Shown: positions 1-64,000 of the stretch, one piece after another
Layout: the number at the start of each line of letters is the position of its first letter
Position numbering within the stretch: the first letter of the stretch is position 1
Origin: Eutreptiella sp. 'Long Island Sound 2002'
Taxonomy: Eukaryota; Protista; Euglenida
DNA length: 64,000 bases
Assembly: GCA_964036045.1 (NCBI GenBank)
Contig: OZ038379.1
Coordinates: forward strand, 14,198,001-14,262,000
Direction: 5' to 3'
The notes under the pieces: generated by a model
What the model was told of the DNA's origin: nothing
Databases searched by the model: none
What the model saw: the letters and a program-made list of their open reading frames with translations, nothing else
Program-made: the position numbers and the translations under genes

Positions 1-934
1 TCCATGTTCAGCTGAGGGGCCATGGCCTTTGCTGTGCTGATTATTCTCCATTGGGGAAGGGTGGGGGGGTTGGACCTCCCACGGACGCCCCCCTCTTTTA
101 ATGGTTCCCAAGGCGGTGCGGTTGAAGACAGAGGAAGCATGGTGCGCAACTACTCCTGTGCGCCGTTTTCCGCCCGTCTGCCAGCTGCCATCAATCAGTC
201 ATTGTGAATGTCAGTACCGCAAAACCTTTTTGGTTCAAAAATGGCCAAAACTGTGTTCACTGAACCCCGGACAGGCATGGGTTTATCCAGACCCCCTCGT
301 GACTCTGATTCCAAAAAAAAATCATTTTCAATTTTTCTGACATTGGGGGTCCAGGCCATCCCCCGGGGAGGTGTGCCATGAAGGCATTTAATGAAGGAGT
401 ATGCCGGTTGGTATTTCCCGGTGTACGTACGCCTGCGCTTTTCGAGGAGAGAACCCTCGCTTTGTGGAGAGGTGGGTTGGTTGCCCACTTGTGGTTGGGG
501 GTGAAGGGGGAGGGCTCTGAAATACTGCCAGAGGTGGGCAGCCAGTTGGGTTACCTACCAGCCTGGGAATTTTTTTTTAGTTTTTACTGTGAGAGAGTGA
601 AACGGTTGTCCCGCTACTCATGAGTGCTGCTTCTGCCCCTTGGTGTCTCTCCCACGCCGGTGCCGGCATGCTTGGAGGGTGCTCACCACCACTACTGATG
701 TAGGAAATGTAACTCAGGGCCAGGGGGTTCTGGATTACCAGGTGTTACCCATCAGTGGTGTGCAGCATGCTGAGGCATTCTGCCAGTAGTTTCAGGGAAT
801 CTGTGCATCCCATTACAAGGTGGGGGGGTCCGGGGGTGCAGTCAGTGGAGCCTTTTTTTGGGGGGGGTCCCGGGCCATCCCCCCGCAATCGTAAATCTGG
901 GGTGCCCTGATCGACAATCACTCTCAAAGAAGTA

Positions 935-1349
935 CCCCCCCCCCCCCCCGTGCCTAGGAACCACCTTGCGCAAGAACCGCTCCCTGGTTCCGCGGTCGAA
1001 CTCTCGCACCCCTTTTTTTACCAGGGTATTGGGTTTTTCATGGTTCTGGTGGATGTAGGACAGCTGTTCAGGTGTGCAGGACATCATTTCATGTGTGTTG
1101 CTACGGGTCCCCCCATCACTCCTTTGGTGTTCATTTGTCAACGTGGTTAACTGTGGGAAAGGAGAGGGCGCGCATGTTGCGGGGTAATGCGCCGGAAAAT
1201 TTTTTTTCGTGGTACGGGGCTGCCCACGGTCATGCGCAAGAACCAACCCCTGGTTCCGCAGTCGAATTTTGGGGGAAAAGCGTGCGCAAGAACTGCCCGC
1301 TGGTTCCGCGGTCAAACATTGCCGGTTCCTGGGCACGGGGGGGGGGGGG
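935..1349. mobile_element. MITE family A, short form (poly-C/poly-G-tipped TIRs, TA target duplication)
   Basis: TA|C(n)GTGCCTAGGAACC ... GGTTCCTGGGCAC G(n)|TA; three internal GCGCAAGAAC..CTGGTTCCGCGGTC direct repeats. Confidence 0.75.
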
Positions 1350-2022
1350 TACAACGAGGCATAGAACCGTCGCCAATCTTGCTGTCCGTCTTGTCCATAG
1401 CAGGGATAGCCGTAAGAATGGGTCTAAATTTTTGGCCGGAGGGGGGGAGGGTCTGGGTATCTGTCACTCAGTGACACATGGAGAGTGACAGATGTAGATG
1501 ATGGCCAAGTGCCGCAGTGTAGCAGTGCATGTTTGTAATGGACAGATGGAGATGGCGCTGTCGGTGACAGTGACAGTTACAGGTACAGTGACAGTGGCAA
1601 TTTGTTGCAAACTGTAATGCCTGATTCAATGTTTTTGTCTGCTGCCTTCCTGCTGCAGACCTATTTCCAGCAGCAGCAATCTTTGTTGCTCCTCGGATGA
1701 CAGTAACGGTGATTGTTAACACATGCATGGACAAATCTGTTCGTCGGCGCGCACTGTGTTGTTTGCTTGTGCAGCATTTCTGTCACGCTTGTCATGTCAC
1801 TCGTCACTCATCATTTGAGAGCGGGGAGAGGGGCTGCTATGATATTCCCTGGTCCACAGATTTCTGTTCACACATGCCCTGTAAAATCGTGGTTGGATCG
1901 GGATATGCGCGCATGGTTTTGGCCCCCACTGTCCTAGCACCGCAAAGCAGCGGTTGTTGGCTTTGCGGCTTCACTGCGCACAGCCCTGGGCGTATGCAAT
2001 AGTTCACGGCATGATGTTGCAG

Positions 2023-64000
<61,978 letters not shown>

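Noticed and set aside
704-741. Candidate further upstream mini-exon (AG|GA AAT GTA ACT CAG GGC CAG GGG GTT CTG GAT TAC CAG|GT; NVTQGQGVLDYQ)
   Set aside because: It reads like the repeat but ends in phase 0, whereas exon 2023 starts in phase 1, and I found no bridging exon. Unsupported without RNA data.

Overview
Eukaryotic (protist/algal-type) genomic DNA, dominated by one giant + strand gene whose start and stop both lie outside the window. I can chain 22 short GT-AG exons (2023-38113) with matching splice phases into a final exon that stays open from 39882 to the window edge. That exon is at least 24.1 kb (about 8,040 codons) and is absent from the ORF track because it has no stop. The visible CDS is about 29.56 kb, more than 9,800 aa. 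The protein is built from a Gly-rich ~50-aa beta-strand-like unit. From exon 18 onward the units pair into a ~160-aa repeat (about 55 copies visible). Each repeat has an acidic variable linker ending in RRLLQ, usually a second R-x-L-[LM] motif in the other loop, and about five conserved N-glycosylation sequons. This suggests a giant secreted polyprotein cut at SKI-1/S1P-type sites (inference). The array shows near-identical higher-order duplications (offsets 1425, ~1455, ~4350, 5802 and 2361 nt) with swapped linkers. The introns hold a 5'-truncated but open non-LTR retrotransposon sitting between (CA)n tracts, several MITE-like inverted-repeat elements, dispersed repeats and microsatellites. 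No rRNA, tRNA or CRISPR features were recognised.
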